Source: Pseudomonadota bacterium (lineage in GTDB: Bacteria; Bdellovibrionota_C; UBA2361; SZUA-149; DAOLCO01). Taken from it: DNA of 64,000 bases. The number at the start of each line of letters is the position of its first letter. The first letter of the stretch is position 1. The notes beneath the pieces are model-generated. The model did not search any database. It had not been told where the DNA came from and saw only the letters and a list, made by a program, of their open reading frames with translations. The stretch is taken from positions 6,148 to 70,147 of the forward strand of contig JAIYCX010000013.1 in assembly GCA_027487795.1 (NCBI GenBank). Reading direction: 5' to 3'. The position numbers were made by a program, and so were the translations under genes. This document shows positions 7,805-18,672 of the stretch, in pieces.

Positions 7805-10567
7805 TTATGCCGCCTTTAAACCCGACTTTAAATTTAACGCCCTACCTTGTGCTTGCTGATTCCCTAATGAATTCTCAGCTTGCTCTTTCATATTCTGATA
7901 ATACTCTTCCATCATCCTTCTTCTCTTCATTAAATCCTTTGCCCCATATGGTGCAATTTCTACAGCCTTTTTAAGAGCTGCCACAAAGTCCCCGTCGCAT
8001 TCTTCTAATAGAGCAGAGAAGAGCTGGTTATCATCCCCGTTATTAGTAGACACCCAGTAGAACGATGGTTCTGCTGGAAGAACTAATGCGGCTTCCCCAA
8101 TATCTGATAATAAAAAGAATTGAGACTCCACTCCCTTTATGGTGTGAAGTCGCGTAATTGTCTCAGCCTGCTGAGGATTTAAGTTAAATGCCTGAGCTGT
8201 CACATGAAATTTTGACGGATCTTGTCTTAAGAAAATCTTATGTGAGCTGTTTTGAACAATCGCTTGCCCGCCCTCTCCTGCATAAAAATCTTCTCCAGAC
8301 TGTGACGCAGCGATAACTATCCCTTTTCTCTTACGATAAAGTCTAAAAGCAGCTTCCACTACTCCTGCAGCCGTCTTACCGATTAAATCATGCGCCTCAT
8401 CAAACACAAGAAGCTTTCGAGTATCTAGCTCATCCGGAGTATTCATCACCTCATCCGCCCAGATCATAGCTACTTTAAGGAAAACTCTTTGTAAATCTGG
8501 GTTTCTGCTTAGTCCTTTTAAGTCAAATACTATAAATCTCTCTTTTAGCTCTAATCTTCCTGCTCTATCAAAGAATCTAGCGTATGTTCCTTCCCCGAAA
8601 TACTCTCTCATTAAGATTCCAAGCTCTTGTCTCATGTGAAAGTGCGCTTCTGTTTCATTTGGCCTTGGTGGCTCTTTAAGGACCTTTACTACGTCTCTTA
8701 GCAAGAACTCTCTTTCGTGATCTCCGTGGCGATAACGATAATGAGACTCCATAAGAGATTCAATAATTTCGTTTCTCTGAATACGGCTCAGTACTTTGTC
8801 TTTTTCCGTAGCCATATCTGCGATAATATCTACGCAAATATCAAATAAATCCTTGAAATCTTCGCTAGTTCTATCTGGATCCATTTCACCAAGACGTGCT
8901 AGGAAGTTCATTGCAGGAGCTCTAGAAGGTGTAGCTTGATAAATACGACCACCAAAAAGCTTCGCAACTCTCTCAAATCCGCAAGGTAAATTAGGCATCC
9001 CTTTATCAAAGATAAAAGTAATTGGCTCTCGCTCTACTCTAGTGCCATCTGATTTTTCTGAATAATGGCCTCGATTAATAGTAATCAAGAAGAAGCAAAG
9101 TAAATAACTCTTCCCTGCTCCAGACACCCCACTCATGATTACGTTAGGTGCTACGTTAGAATCAAATAAATCGAAGTTAACTAACTCTCTGTTCCATAAA
9201 CTTGGAAGTACAAATAATGCATTTTCACTTCCTGACCAGTTACCCCAAACTGGAAACATTCTGACAGCTCTTGAACTTGTCATCATCGAAGTCCAACCTG
9301 GGCCGTCTGTAGTTGGGTCATATGCTCCAGGAAGTGCATTCAAAAATACACCTAGATCACTGATCATGTGAGACATCGCACGCGCACCGTTTAGTGCCGG
9401 GAACATTGCTAAAACTTCACTGGACGCTCTTCTTGCTTCATCTATGGTATTAGTAATCTGAACATGGTGCACCCCAACTTTTACTACTTGAGATCTATTA
9501 GAATACAATTCTTCTCTAGCTCTTCTTATAGTAGAAATCTGATGAAGTACTTTTTGATTTGCTCTACCTCTAGCACCAAGCTCTCTTAAACCCAAAGATT
9601 GATCAAGTCTATCTAATCTTTTTATTTGATCCTCTTGGCTATCCTTAGAGTAAGTCACCGTAAAAATCGACTCCATCGGTAGACTTTGCATAGGCACAGT
9701 CATCAGTGGTAATGCTTGCTTAGGAGGCTTTACCATACTAACAGTATGATACACTCTACCATCTTTTAATAAATATCCATCTTCTGGATGATACATCATA
9801 GTATCTGAAATCTGATTTGATAAAATATCATCTGGATCATACTTCGGAACAGCTGTGGCATTAAATCTACCGCGCTTAAATTTACCACCCTTTGTGCTTC
9901 TTCTGTTTAATAGCGGATAGAGAAGATTAATTAAACCTTGTCCGTCTATTTTACTTGGGTGCATTCCTAGATCAGATAATCTAGCAATCTTTCCTTCTAT
10001 TTCACCTCTAAACTTTTCTACATAACGCTTATACTCTTCAGTTCTAGCAGTATCTACTTCTGGCCCCTTTGGTCCAGTAAATAAAGTTTTAAAAGTATCT
10101 ACAATATCATCAAGTGGTGACTTTTCCTTCCAAGGAGGATCATATCTAAAAGCTACTATCAGTCTTAATTTCTTACATCTTCTCTCATACTGCTCAGACT
10201 TAGACATATTTTTGATAAGTCTAACCCAACGTCTTGCCATCCATCCAGCAACTCCGCTTAGAGGATAGTCATATAAACAACGATCTAAGATATCTTGAAT
10301 ATCAAAAGTAGTAATCCAGCTAAATTGCGCGCTGATTCTGTGATCCATAGCATCAAGTAATTCTTGAATACCACTGCAAGTTTGAAAAGCTGCCGCATCG
10401 GAAATAGAAGTAAGAAGAACTGGCTTTAACTGCCAGATAGACCACATGGAAGCATCTCCATGTAAAAAAACCTGATTCTCAGAATCCCACTTTACATATG
10501 GGAGCAGTTGATTAAAAACCGCTTCGTCTTGATATAACCTTTGTCTCGTTAATCGAGTAATGCTCAT
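7805..10567 (-). CDS. traC: VirB4/TraC-family T4SS ATPase
   Basis: Walker A GVSGAGKS, Walker B LVFDEAH, AASQS and NSSHKIFLRQ motifs; 920 aa; position in the operon. Confidence 0.88.
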   Translation of the reverse strand: MSITRLTRQRLYQDEAVFNQLLPYVKWDSENQVFLHGDASMWSIWQLKPVLLTSISDAAAFQTCSGIQELLDAMDHRISAQFSWITTFDIQDILDRCLYDYPLSGVAGWMARRWVRLIKNMSKSEQYERRCKKLRLIVAFRYDPPWKEKSPLDDIVDTFKTLFTGPKGPEVDTARTEEYKRYVEKFRGEIEGKIARLSDLGMHPSKIDGQGLINLLYPLLNRRSTKGGKFKRGRFNATAVPKYDPDDILSNQISDTMMYHPEDGYLLKDGRVYHTVSMVKPPKQALPLMTVPMQSLPMESIFTVTYSKDSQEDQIKRLDRLDQSLGLRELGARGRANQKVLHQISTIRRAREELYSNRSQVVKVGVHHVQITNTIDEARRASSEVLAMFPALNGARAMSHMISDLGVFLNALPGAYDPTTDGPGWTSMMTSSRAVRMFPVWGNWSGSENALFVLPSLWNRELVNFDLFDSNVAPNVIMSGVSGAGKSYLLCFFLITINRGHYSEKSDGTRVEREPITFIFDKGMPNLPCGFERVAKLFGGRIYQATPSRAPAMNFLARLGEMDPDRTSEDFKDLFDICVDIIADMATEKDKVLSRIQRNEIIESLMESHYRYRHGDHEREFLLRDVVKVLKEPPRPNETEAHFHMRQELGILMREYFGEGTYARFFDRAGRLELKERFIVFDLKGLSRNPDLQRVFLKVAMIWADEVMNTPDELDTRKLLVFDEAHDLIGKTAAGVVEAAFRLYRKRKGIVIAASQSGEDFYAGEGGQAIVQNSSHKIFLRQDPSKFHVTAQAFNLNPQQAETITRLHTIKGVESQFFLLSDIGEAALVLPAEPSFYWVSTNNGDDNQLFSALLEECDGDFVAALKKAVEIAPYGAKDLMKRRRMMEEYYQNMKEQAENSLGNQQAQGRALNLKSGLKAA

Positions 10568-10609
10568 ATTCCCTTCCCAAATCGAGATATTTTACAATCA
10601 AGGAGTTTT

Positions 10610-11089
10610 TTATCTCCTTGAGGCGGGGAGCTTTGGTTCTGTTCTTTTATTTGCCAGCTTGATCAATTTCTTTTCGTGATCTAAATCAAAAGACAAATTA
10701 GACTTTCTACCAATTTCTGAAACTATCTCTTCAACGGTGCCTTCCATATGAATGCTTATTCTACCCGAAGAGCCAGCTCCTGAATTCTCCCAGCCATACC
10801 CCATAGTCTGGGCTACTGCCTCGATTGCTTCATCTACGTTCACATCTTTTAATTCTACGAATAATTCCGGTAAGATAAGTGGCGCATCAGACTTAGTTCT
10901 AGGCTTTACCGGCTCAGGTAAATGACTCCACATTAACCTGCTATAAACTGGATCTGGCGCTGATTGTCTGTAAGAAGGCTTGTAGTACTCTATTTTGTAT
11001 AATTGCTTACTAGAGCCACAAGAACTTAGCGAAAAAAGCCCTGCACAAGCTACCGAGACTAAAACGCTATTAAAGAGTTTTTTCTGCAT
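10610..11089 (-). CDS. Lipoprotein with a secretin N0-like domain (DotD/TraH-like)
   Basis: Lipobox LSSC; EAIEAVAQTMGYGWE...RISIHMEGTVEEIVSEIG pattern recalls DotD/STN domains. Confidence 0.5.
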   Translation of the reverse strand: MQKKLFNSVLVSVACAGLFSLSSCGSSKQLYKIEYYKPSYRQSAPDPVYSRLMWSHLPEPVKPRTKSDAPLILPELFVELKDVNVDEAIEAVAQTMGYGWENSGAGSSGRISIHMEGTVEEIVSEIGRKSNLSFDLDHEKKLIKLANKRTEPKLPASRR

Positions 11090-11097
11090 ATAAATTC

Positions 11098-11631
11098 CTA
11101 CTTAACTTCTTTATAGACCCAAGGAGTAGCCGAAGATCCACCAAATCCTCCTCCACCGACAGAACCAACTGCAGCACCATTCTGACTTAAATCTAACTGT
11201 CTTTCAATTTCGAAAGCATCAGTAACTGCTGGCCTATCAGGAAGTACTCTTAGATAATAATAATGCGCAGGAACTAAATCACCTACAGCATTTAAATGAT
11301 CTGGCACCCACATAAGTCTCACTTCCGCAGGTTGCATAACAGGATAATTAGGCTCTGGAGACTGAGCTTTTCTATATGTACCCATTACTTCTAGAGCATG
11401 CCTTGCAGCGTCTGCTTCTTTACCAGAAGCGGCAGTTCCACCTAGCGCAGAAGTATTTCTCTGTCCGCCAAAATCTTTATGTTGAGAGCCATCATTAAAA
11501 GGATTTAGCTCATCAGCTGATGGGCCAATAACACTACAGGCTGATAAATAGCTCGTTAAAACTAAGCTAGTTATTAATTTTACCATCCTCTTACTATCTT
11601 TCATACAAACCCCTACTTTTTCAAACAACAA
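11098..11631 (-). CDS. traV: TraV-family T4SS lipoprotein
   Basis: Lipobox LSAC; VRLMWVPDHLNAVGDLVPAHYYYLRV matches the TraV RIW..P..D..GDL...H..Y motif; follows traB. Confidence 0.75.
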   Translation of the reverse strand: MLFEKVGVCMKDSKRMVKLITSLVLTSYLSACSVIGPSADELNPFNDGSQHKDFGGQRNTSALGGTAASGKEADAARHALEVMGTYRKAQSPEPNYPVMQPAEVRLMWVPDHLNAVGDLVPAHYYYLRVLPDRPAVTDAFEIERQLDLSQNGAAVGSVGGGGFGGSSATPWVYKEVK

Positions 11632-11653
11632 CTAAGAACTGTTACTAAACTTA

Positions 11654-12832
11654 TTAATCAACTCCAGAGTACGCAGCATTAATAATTTGATCATCATCAA
11701 GTATTGCAACCTCTGCTGGACTTGAAAATACTGCGATAGCTTCTCTATCTGAAAGAACTTCTACAACAGGGACTAAAGACTCGTACCTACGAAGAAGAAC
11801 TTGTCCAAGCCTATTCGACGCATCGGTCACGGCAGAAGCTGCTGCAAATTCAACATCTCTCTGCTGCAAATTAAAACCTTGCTGTTGATTCCCTCCAAAA
11901 CCACCACCAAACCCTCCAGCAAAAACTCCCGTATTCCTTTGAAGTCTTTGTCCTACAGCAGCCATACCGCTTATCACTGCTGTAGCTAGAATTAATCTAC
12001 CAAGCTTATCTTCCAGTCTACCTTGCATACCTCGAATACCGTCTTCCCCGACTATCCATCCATCTACTTCTATAACTGATCTTCTTCCAGAAGGATGTTT
12101 TAGTGAAAGCTGAGTTAATCTAAATAGCGCTCTTGAATCTGATTCTGAACCCTGCGCAGCAGCGATGATTCTTGCCTCACCAAGATTAAGAGTTGAGCCA
12201 TCAGGACCTGTAATATCTCCACCTAACTTAAAAACTACTGGATATGGAGTACCGTCAGTTGGGGCATTAACCCCTGTAAGTAATTGCACTGGAACAGAGT
12301 CACCAGGTGCGATAACACTAACTCTAAGCGGCTTAGGTTGTTCCGGTTTTCCAGCTGGTTCTTTTTCATCGAACCACTCAGGCACTAATTCATCTGGACC
12401 ATCAGCTTGAGCTTGAGGGGCTTGGGCTTGTTCACCATTTCCTCTATTTACTGCTTGAGCTAACTGATCTAAATCTCTCTGAACTTGCTCGAACTTATCA
12501 GTAAGAGTTTCAAAAATTCCTGCTGTTCTTTGTCTAAAAGTTTCAGCATCTTTTTCAGTTCTTTGAATTTGAGAACTCATTTCAGAGCTTTGCTTTTTCT
12601 GATCTTCGATATCGTTTTTGAAAGCGATAATTAAATCAGAGAATTGCTCTTCAGGTGTCATACCTTGCTTACTAGCAGCTAAATTAGGATTCCTTGGTTT
12701 TGCAGGTCTTCCTGTTCTTTGATCAGTACTAAACATAAGAAATAGAAAGCATAATACCACAAAGCCTAAGGCCGCAGCTATTCGCTTATCATTCTTAATC
12801 AAGGTCTTAAAATCTTCTAATTTTTGATTCAT
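11654..12832 (-). CDS. traB: TraB/VirB10-like T4SS core protein
   Basis: TM anchor, coiled coil, Pro-rich linker, then V.LLTGVNAP...PV and GWIVGEDGIRGMQG motifs. Confidence 0.82.
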   Translation of the reverse strand: MNQKLEDFKTLIKNDKRIAAALGFVVLCFLFLMFSTDQRTGRPAKPRNPNLAASKQGMTPEEQFSDLIIAFKNDIEDQKKQSSEMSSQIQRTEKDAETFRQRTAGIFETLTDKFEQVQRDLDQLAQAVNRGNGEQAQAPQAQADGPDELVPEWFDEKEPAGKPEQPKPLRVSVIAPGDSVPVQLLTGVNAPTDGTPYPVVFKLGGDITGPDGSTLNLGEARIIAAAQGSESDSRALFRLTQLSLKHPSGRRSVIEVDGWIVGEDGIRGMQGRLEDKLGRLILATAVISGMAAVGQRLQRNTGVFAGGFGGGFGGNQQQGFNLQQRDVEFAAASAVTDASNRLGQVLLRRYESLVPVVEVLSDREAIAVFSSPAEVAILDDDQIINAAYSGVD

Positions 12833-12883
12833 GGCCTCTTCCGTTTCCTTACAACTACTTCTTATTCACTGAATTCTTACACA

Positions 12884-13672
12884 CTACTTTTTATGCGCTC
12901 TAGTTACTACGTACACTTTAGCTTTATGCGCACTAGCAAGTTCTTGCTCTGCTGTTAAAGGCTTAGGCGCAAGCTCCCACTTATCTGCCATTATTGCCCT
13001 TGTTCCATCTAGTCTAAAAGCAGCAGGATTAATTTTGTAACCAGTATCAAGCATGTTCTCCACTTCGATCACATAGCCCCATAGAGTAGAACCTAAAAAC
13101 ATTTCCTTAATTTTTGCTTGAATAGTCCCGTCATGAAGAACTGTTTCTCCGGTATAGTTATTTGATCTTCTATATCCTTGTACCCCACCTTTTTTGCCGA
13201 ATTCACTAACCAAGACCATTTCTCTCATGAGCCCAGGAACGACATTAGGAGGAGCATAACCTATTGAAGGAAACTTATTATCAGGAGTCCCATTACCTTC
13301 TTCACCTGACTCTTCTCTATCGTCTTTAATATTGATAAATTCATCTCTTGTATTGTCATCATCAGCAGGTAAAATTCTAAGAGCATAAGAACGCTTATCA
13401 TCTAAGTGCACTAGTAAAGCTTCGCCTTCGTATGGAATTTCAGGCTGCGCAAAAACTACTAAAAAATTCCCCTGTCTCTCTAGAGCTAAGCTAGTATGTT
13501 TTCTCTTAAATCCACCTGAGATCTTGGAAGGAAAAGTAACCTGAGTTGGCTCCCCTGGAGTCACGTAGACTGACATTTCTTGACCTGAGTAATTCACATC
13601 CCTAGCTAGTGCCGGGTTTGAACTTACTAAGATCAAACTTAGTACTAAAAATTTATATAACACTTTTTTCAT
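12884..13672 (-). CDS. traK: TraK/VirB9-like outer-membrane core protein
   Basis: Signal peptide; PGEPTQVTFP N-terminal pattern; lies between traE-like and traB. Confidence 0.65.
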   Translation of the reverse strand: MKKVLYKFLVLSLILVSSNPALARDVNYSGQEMSVYVTPGEPTQVTFPSKISGGFKRKHTSLALERQGNFLVVFAQPEIPYEGEALLVHLDDKRSYALRILPADDDNTRDEFINIKDDREESGEEGNGTPDNKFPSIGYAPPNVVPGLMREMVLVSEFGKKGGVQGYRRSNNYTGETVLHDGTIQAKIKEMFLGSTLWGYVIEVENMLDTGYKINPAAFRLDGTRAIMADKWELAPKPLTAEQELASAHKAKVYVVTRAHKK

Positions 13673-13725
13673 AACTATTACCTTTCTACTACACTATTTA
13701 GACTGTTGATTTGCCTGCACATTCC

Positions 13726-14463
13726 TTACTTTCCACCTTGCACTTGACCGGCTTGCGCCTGTTTCGCCTGAGTTTGAGCTATCATTTTATCTTCAGTCTT
13801 AATCACCCTCTCATCAGCTCTTCTTAAATGAATATCTGTTACTACAATTCCGTACTCGTTATGCACGTTTCTTGGAATTGTGGTCATTTTTACGTAATAA
13901 ACCATTTCATCTGAAGATAATGGCTTATCCCCAATGAGTTTTTGTCTAACTCCTGGTATTCTAACTACTACCGTATCTATCTCTGGATATCTTTCTACTT
14001 TTATAAGCTGCGGATTTATAAAGTAAATTTGACTTCTCTTAGTTTCTTCTATTGCTCTTAACTCACTTCCTAGCATTGCAACTTCAAACTCACTAAGAGC
14101 TGGCTCCCAAAGATATTTTCTGGCAGTTTTAAACTGTCTTCTTGCTATTGCTGGCTGATAAGTTGAAATTAAATTAACAACTTCTCTAGAAACGTTTATA
14201 AATTGAGCATCAGGAAGTTGCTTAACTGAGTAAACTCCTGGCTGTGGATGTTCAGGAACTTCAATAATAGTATCTGCAAGAAAGAACATAACTAAAGCAG
14301 AAGCGATTGCTAAAGTTGTAGCTGGAACTTGAATTAATGCTAAAGCTCTCCAGAAGAAAGCTTGTTCTTTGTAGCCTTCCCATAAGCGAATAGTATCACT
14401 ACCGGCACGACCTGCCACTCTCTCAAGTTGCTGAATATCTGTTTTAACCTGTGCTGGCTTCAT
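13726..14463 (-). CDS. traE: TraE/VirB8-like inner-membrane protein
   Basis: Single TM followed by an NTF2-like region ending NEYGIVVTDI; position in the operon. Confidence 0.6.
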   Translation of the reverse strand: MKPAQVKTDIQQLERVAGRAGSDTIRLWEGYKEQAFFWRALALIQVPATTLAIASALVMFFLADTIIEVPEHPQPGVYSVKQLPDAQFINVSREVVNLISTYQPAIARRQFKTARKYLWEPALSEFEVAMLGSELRAIEETKRSQIYFINPQLIKVERYPEIDTVVVRIPGVRQKLIGDKPLSSDEMVYYVKMTTIPRNVHNEYGIVVTDIHLRRADERVIKTEDKMIAQTQAKQAQAGQVQGGK

Positions 14464-14511
14464 ATTAGCTATACCCTTCGCATGTTACCTTATTACAACC
14501 TATAGTCAGCC

Positions 14512-14931
14512 CTATTTCCTGTTTTGCTCCACTGCATCTGTAAATTGTCTGGAATGTGTTGGAAACATTTGAGAAAATCCCATTTTTGCAAACTTTGTAT
14601 TCTTAGGAATTTCTCTTAGCGGAGCCCCACTCCATAGCGGCTGAAGCTTTGAAGGAATTGGGATCCCCGGAGGTGGAAAGCCAAACGTAGTAGCAACGGC
14701 ATTTCTAACTCCTCTTTCCTGATCCGGAAATGACTTTCTCATAGAAGCTAATGTTACAGCGGTCATAATCCCACCGATCAACATAAAAGGCATTGCCCGA
14801 GCGACACTGTCCGCAAATAAACTTATCAACATAAACACAGCAAGAGCACATCCCCATTCCATCATATTAGCCCCCATAAAGGACCAATTTTCATCTAACC
14901 CTTGAAGAACTTCCCCGTCATCGTACCTCAT
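14512..14931 (-). CDS. TraL/VirB3-like small membrane protein
   Basis: Two TM segments; directly upstream of the traE-like gene. Confidence 0.5.
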   Translation of the reverse strand: MRYDDGEVLQGLDENWSFMGANMMEWGCALAVFMLISLFADSVARAMPFMLIGGIMTAVTLASMRKSFPDQERGVRNAVATTFGFPPPGIPIPSKLQPLWSGAPLREIPKNTKFAKMGFSQMFPTHSRQFTDAVEQNRK

Positions 14932-14988
14932 AACTCCTCCTGTTTTATTTAAAAGCCTGTTTTCTTTCGAATTAAGCTAAAAATTAAA

Positions 14989-16128
14989 TTAATTCTCAGT
15001 GCCTAATTCTTCACTAAAATCTGGCTCTAAAATCTTATCCCCTGCATTTGCCCTTTCACTTCCTTCTAAAACTTTCTTAGCATTTGCTGTTTGCGCCTCT
15101 ACCTTAGCAGCTGTTTCTCTAGAAGTTTCTAGAGTATTATCAACTTTCTTATCTGCTATTTTGTTTTGTATTCTTTTTGAAAGTTCATCAGAAAGAATTT
15201 CATCATTTTCAGCAGCATTAACAGCCTCGCTCTTAGAATCTTTTAAAGTGCTATCAATATTAGAGTCAATTTCTCCTTCCAAAGATAACTCCTTAGGCGA
15301 CTTAACTGTCATATCGCTAGGTATTTCTTGAAGAATTTGTTTGTTCTCTATTAATTTAGCATCATTAACTTTTTTTGATTTTTCTTCTACACTTGGTAGT
15401 AGATCATCAGAGAATGCTGGCTCATCCCCAGGAAGTACCTCAGTTGGCATAGCCCTGCTGCTGCCCTTACCACTCTTGGCCTCAACTGCAACTTCACCTG
15501 ACTGATCTGCTTGCTCAAAATCTGCATCTACTGGTACAGCTAATTCCTTTGGAATTTCCAAGCCTTTTGATATTTTAGATGTATTCTTATCCCCTCTTCC
15601 TGATTGGCCTTGCGTTTGTCCTAACTCTTGAATATTTGAACTATTCGCATCACCGCCAAATAAAGATTCTCTTTTTGATGTTTTTGCAGCGAGTCTTGCT
15701 CTTTCTCCGACATCACTTCTAGATTTAGCACCTTCTGCTACTACCGGAAGTCTTTCCTTCTCACGTCTCATAAATCTAGGCGGAACTCTAAATACAGCTC
15801 CTTCTCTTGTCACTCTAGGCTTTGGATCAATTACTCTGTTTAGTTGTTCCGTTAAAGAAACAACTCTAAGTCTCCAATCTTCTGAGTCAATTAGCAGATC
15901 TGGACGCGCATACTTTTTGGACTCTTCGAATTCTTCAAGAGCCTCTACTAATAATGCCCTTGCACGACTCATATGAGCCTTAGCGACAGTAGCTCTTTGC
16001 TTACTTGCATACTGCTGCCCTGCCATACTTTCTTCCGCCTTCACCGTTATAGAAGAAATACTAAAAAAAGAAGGCACTACAGTAAAAAGCATTGCCCTTA
16101 AAACCAAATTTTTTCTTGAAAGACTCAT
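14989..16128 (-). CDS. Exported hypothetical protein, first gene of the T4SS operon
   Basis: Signal-peptide-like N-terminus, helical domain, long acidic low-complexity tail. Confidence 0.6.
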   Translation of the reverse strand: MSLSRKNLVLRAMLFTVVPSFFSISSITVKAEESMAGQQYASKQRATVAKAHMSRARALLVEALEEFEESKKYARPDLLIDSEDWRLRVVSLTEQLNRVIDPKPRVTREGAVFRVPPRFMRREKERLPVVAEGAKSRSDVGERARLAAKTSKRESLFGGDANSSNIQELGQTQGQSGRGDKNTSKISKGLEIPKELAVPVDADFEQADQSGEVAVEAKSGKGSSRAMPTEVLPGDEPAFSDDLLPSVEEKSKKVNDAKLIENKQILQEIPSDMTVKSPKELSLEGEIDSNIDSTLKDSKSEAVNAAENDEILSDELSKRIQNKIADKKVDNTLETSRETAAKVEAQTANAKKVLEGSERANAGDKILEPDFSEELGTEN

Positions 16129-16453
16129 ATCTTAGACATTCCAATCAATTGTTTAACCACCCTTAACCAAACTGCGGTCCCACCTTCACGCATAGTGACT
16201 ACACTCACAGCCTCAAGAAGTTATAATGAGTTTAAGCATTTGTGTGACACGACTGAGAGTATATTTTCATTTTTTTACTCATTTTAAATAATATAGGGCA
16301 CTTATTTTATAAATTACCGCATAAAGAAGTAGTTGAAAAATTACTGGTTTTACTTGCTATTAAATTTGGAAGTGATGTAAACTCCCGAATGTATACTAAA
16401 CTTCAATAAAACTTGTTGTTTCACAATTTAGGTTTATCTATAAAAGGTTCACG

Positions 16454-18646
16454 TTGAGCATAGATTTCGGAAAAAGAATATCAGATCTCAAAAAACAGAC
16501 CGAAGAAAGTCAGTCTGGTCGTTGGCGGCTGCGCCCTGTCGCATTCCTTAGTATTTTCGTTTTTATTATACTTAGATATACTATACTTCCTACAATTGAC
16601 GTTCCTGAAGACAAGAATTTAGAAGGACAATCTAATAGTGCAGCCAATAGTATAGAAGCTCAGGAAGACTACTGGATTAAAGAAATTAAAGTAGTAATAA
16701 AAGACAGAGTTAGATTCCTATCAAACTCCCCCTTAGTTCTTGTTCCATTCAGCTCTAGTATTTATTCTAGCTTAGCAAGTACCCTTGATCAAAGATTCGA
16801 ATTAAGAAGTGCAAAAAAATCTATTGAAGAGTCCGAATTACCATTCACCTTCTCAGATCTACCAATATGGTGGAACAGACTAGCAGTAAGTGGAGTATTA
16901 AGAATAGTATTTGTACTTTTGTGTGCGATACCATATTGGATTCTTGGAGTAGTTGCAGGCCTTGTCATAATAAGGACACATAGAAAACAAAAACCAAGTG
17001 ATACATTACTAGGAGTTTGTGATAGAAAAACTGGTCCTTTCTATTCTGGCATCTATGGCCCTTACAGACCTAACGGAAATGTAAGCGCTACTGACCTATC
17101 ATGCCCAGGACTCGCATGCCCACAGATGTCTCCATTAAGCGAAGCAGAAAGTCATCCCTTAGCTAGCTTACTAAAAAGTCATGGCGCACTTAACGATACA
17201 AATAAAGAACTTCTTAGAATCATTCTTGCCCACAAAGACTTTCCTCATGGTGTAGAAGAAGAAAATTCTATCCAAAGAGAAGAAATAGAAAATCCATATG
17301 ACTTAGAAAATAGAGTCTCAAAAACTAACTTTACTCCAAAGGGCGGACTTACTTTAATTCAAGGTACTTCTGATTATCTTCCTGCTTTACTTGATGCTCA
17401 TGCTATCGCAAAAAAGTATGTTGACTCTCTTATTAAAAAAGCAATCAAAGTAGAAGCACTAGATGCTAATTATCCTGGACATATCGCCGCCCTACTTCAA
17501 ATGTCTGCAAGTTGCTCAGTTCTAACTAAACGATTACTCACATCTCTCACTCCAAGAAGACTCTGGGCTCTTGCTACTATCGACTGCAATATGGTCATTA
17601 GTAGCTTCCTAGCAGCAGAGGCAGGAAAAGCGCTAGTATATAAAAGACTCGGAGAAGGATTCACTACTATCTCTATGTATCCACATCTGCAAGCTAGAGC
17701 GGTATTAAATTCAATAGTACCTTTTCATAAAGAATATGACGGCGACCAAAGACTAATTCTAAGACAGGCGATAATATCTTCAAGAAGACACGGAGATTTT
17801 GGAAGATCATTTCTACCAATAAGAATGTCTATTCAAAGTAGAGCAATCAGAGACATATTAGAAATTCTATATATGGAATCTTCTAAACAAGAAGAAATTG
17901 CAAACCTAGTAGAACTTGATGGCCACATTGAAGAAGTACATTCAAATTTCAAAATGAACTACGTTGAAAAAATAAGAGAAGGAGATCACGTCCAAGACTT
18001 ATCAAAAAAGAGTCATGAACTAAGCAAAGGCTTAAGCCATAAATCAGTAGTACTTCTTCCACTAGAAAAACTAATTGAATTCTCACTTAAAGGTTTCCAT
18101 GAACAAAGACTAGATAGAATTTTAAAGTTACTAGATCTAACTAGAAAATTCCAATCTCAAATTAGCACTTCTGCAAGACTTCCTGGATTTAAAAGACAAG
18201 CTATGGAAGCTGACAAGAGCGGAGAAGAGAGCGATCCAATTGTACAAAAATTATACCAGTACAAAAATGGAAAAGAATTAGTAAGAAAATGGCGAATAGC
18301 TAGAAGAATGTTAATTAGGTTTAATTGGCTATCAACAAGAATTGGAGACGATTCCGTTCCTATTATTGGACTTGTTCATGGACTAATTAAACACAGAGAT
18401 AAAACTAATATTCCTAAATTTTTATTCCTAGATGCCCTAGTGCCGCTAAGACAACGTAGATACGCAGAAGTACTTGGCAAAAACTGGGAGCACAATTACT
18501 ACCGCTACAGTCCTTATCAAGATAGCGTAGAAGTTTTTATCAGCACTAGTGACTATGAACGAAAAAGTAAATCAAAAGACGCAGCTCCTGCCCCTAGTGC
18601 AATACCGGCAGAAGAAAGAATGATGATGGCAGTAGGGGAAAATTAA
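16454..18646 (+). CDS. Large membrane-anchored protein upstream of the coupling protein
   Basis: 730-aa ORF with TTG start; N-terminal TM segments and a cytoplasmic helical domain; 26-nt gap to the T4CP gene. Confidence 0.65.
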   Translation: MSIDFGKRISDLKKQTEESQSGRWRLRPVAFLSIFVFIILRYTILPTIDVPEDKNLEGQSNSAANSIEAQEDYWIKEIKVVIKDRVRFLSNSPLVLVPFSSSIYSSLASTLDQRFELRSAKKSIEESELPFTFSDLPIWWNRLAVSGVLRIVFVLLCAIPYWILGVVAGLVIIRTHRKQKPSDTLLGVCDRKTGPFYSGIYGPYRPNGNVSATDLSCPGLACPQMSPLSEAESHPLASLLKSHGALNDTNKELLRIILAHKDFPHGVEEENSIQREEIENPYDLENRVSKTNFTPKGGLTLIQGTSDYLPALLDAHAIAKKYVDSLIKKAIKVEALDANYPGHIAALLQMSASCSVLTKRLLTSLTPRRLWALATIDCNMVISSFLAAEAGKALVYKRLGEGFTTISMYPHLQARAVLNSIVPFHKEYDGDQRLILRQAIISSRRHGDFGRSFLPIRMSIQSRAIRDILEILYMESSKQEEIANLVELDGHIEEVHSNFKMNYVEKIREGDHVQDLSKKSHELSKGLSHKSVVLLPLEKLIEFSLKGFHEQRLDRILKLLDLTRKFQSQISTSARLPGFKRQAMEADKSGEESDPIVQKLYQYKNGKELVRKWRIARRMLIRFNWLSTRIGDDSVPIIGLVHGLIKHRDKTNIPKFLFLDALVPLRQRRYAEVLGKNWEHNYYRYSPYQDSVEVFISTSDYERKSKSKDAAPAPSAIPAEERMMMAVGEN

Positions 18647-18672
18647 GAAGCTCAAGAAAATTAAAAAGAACT

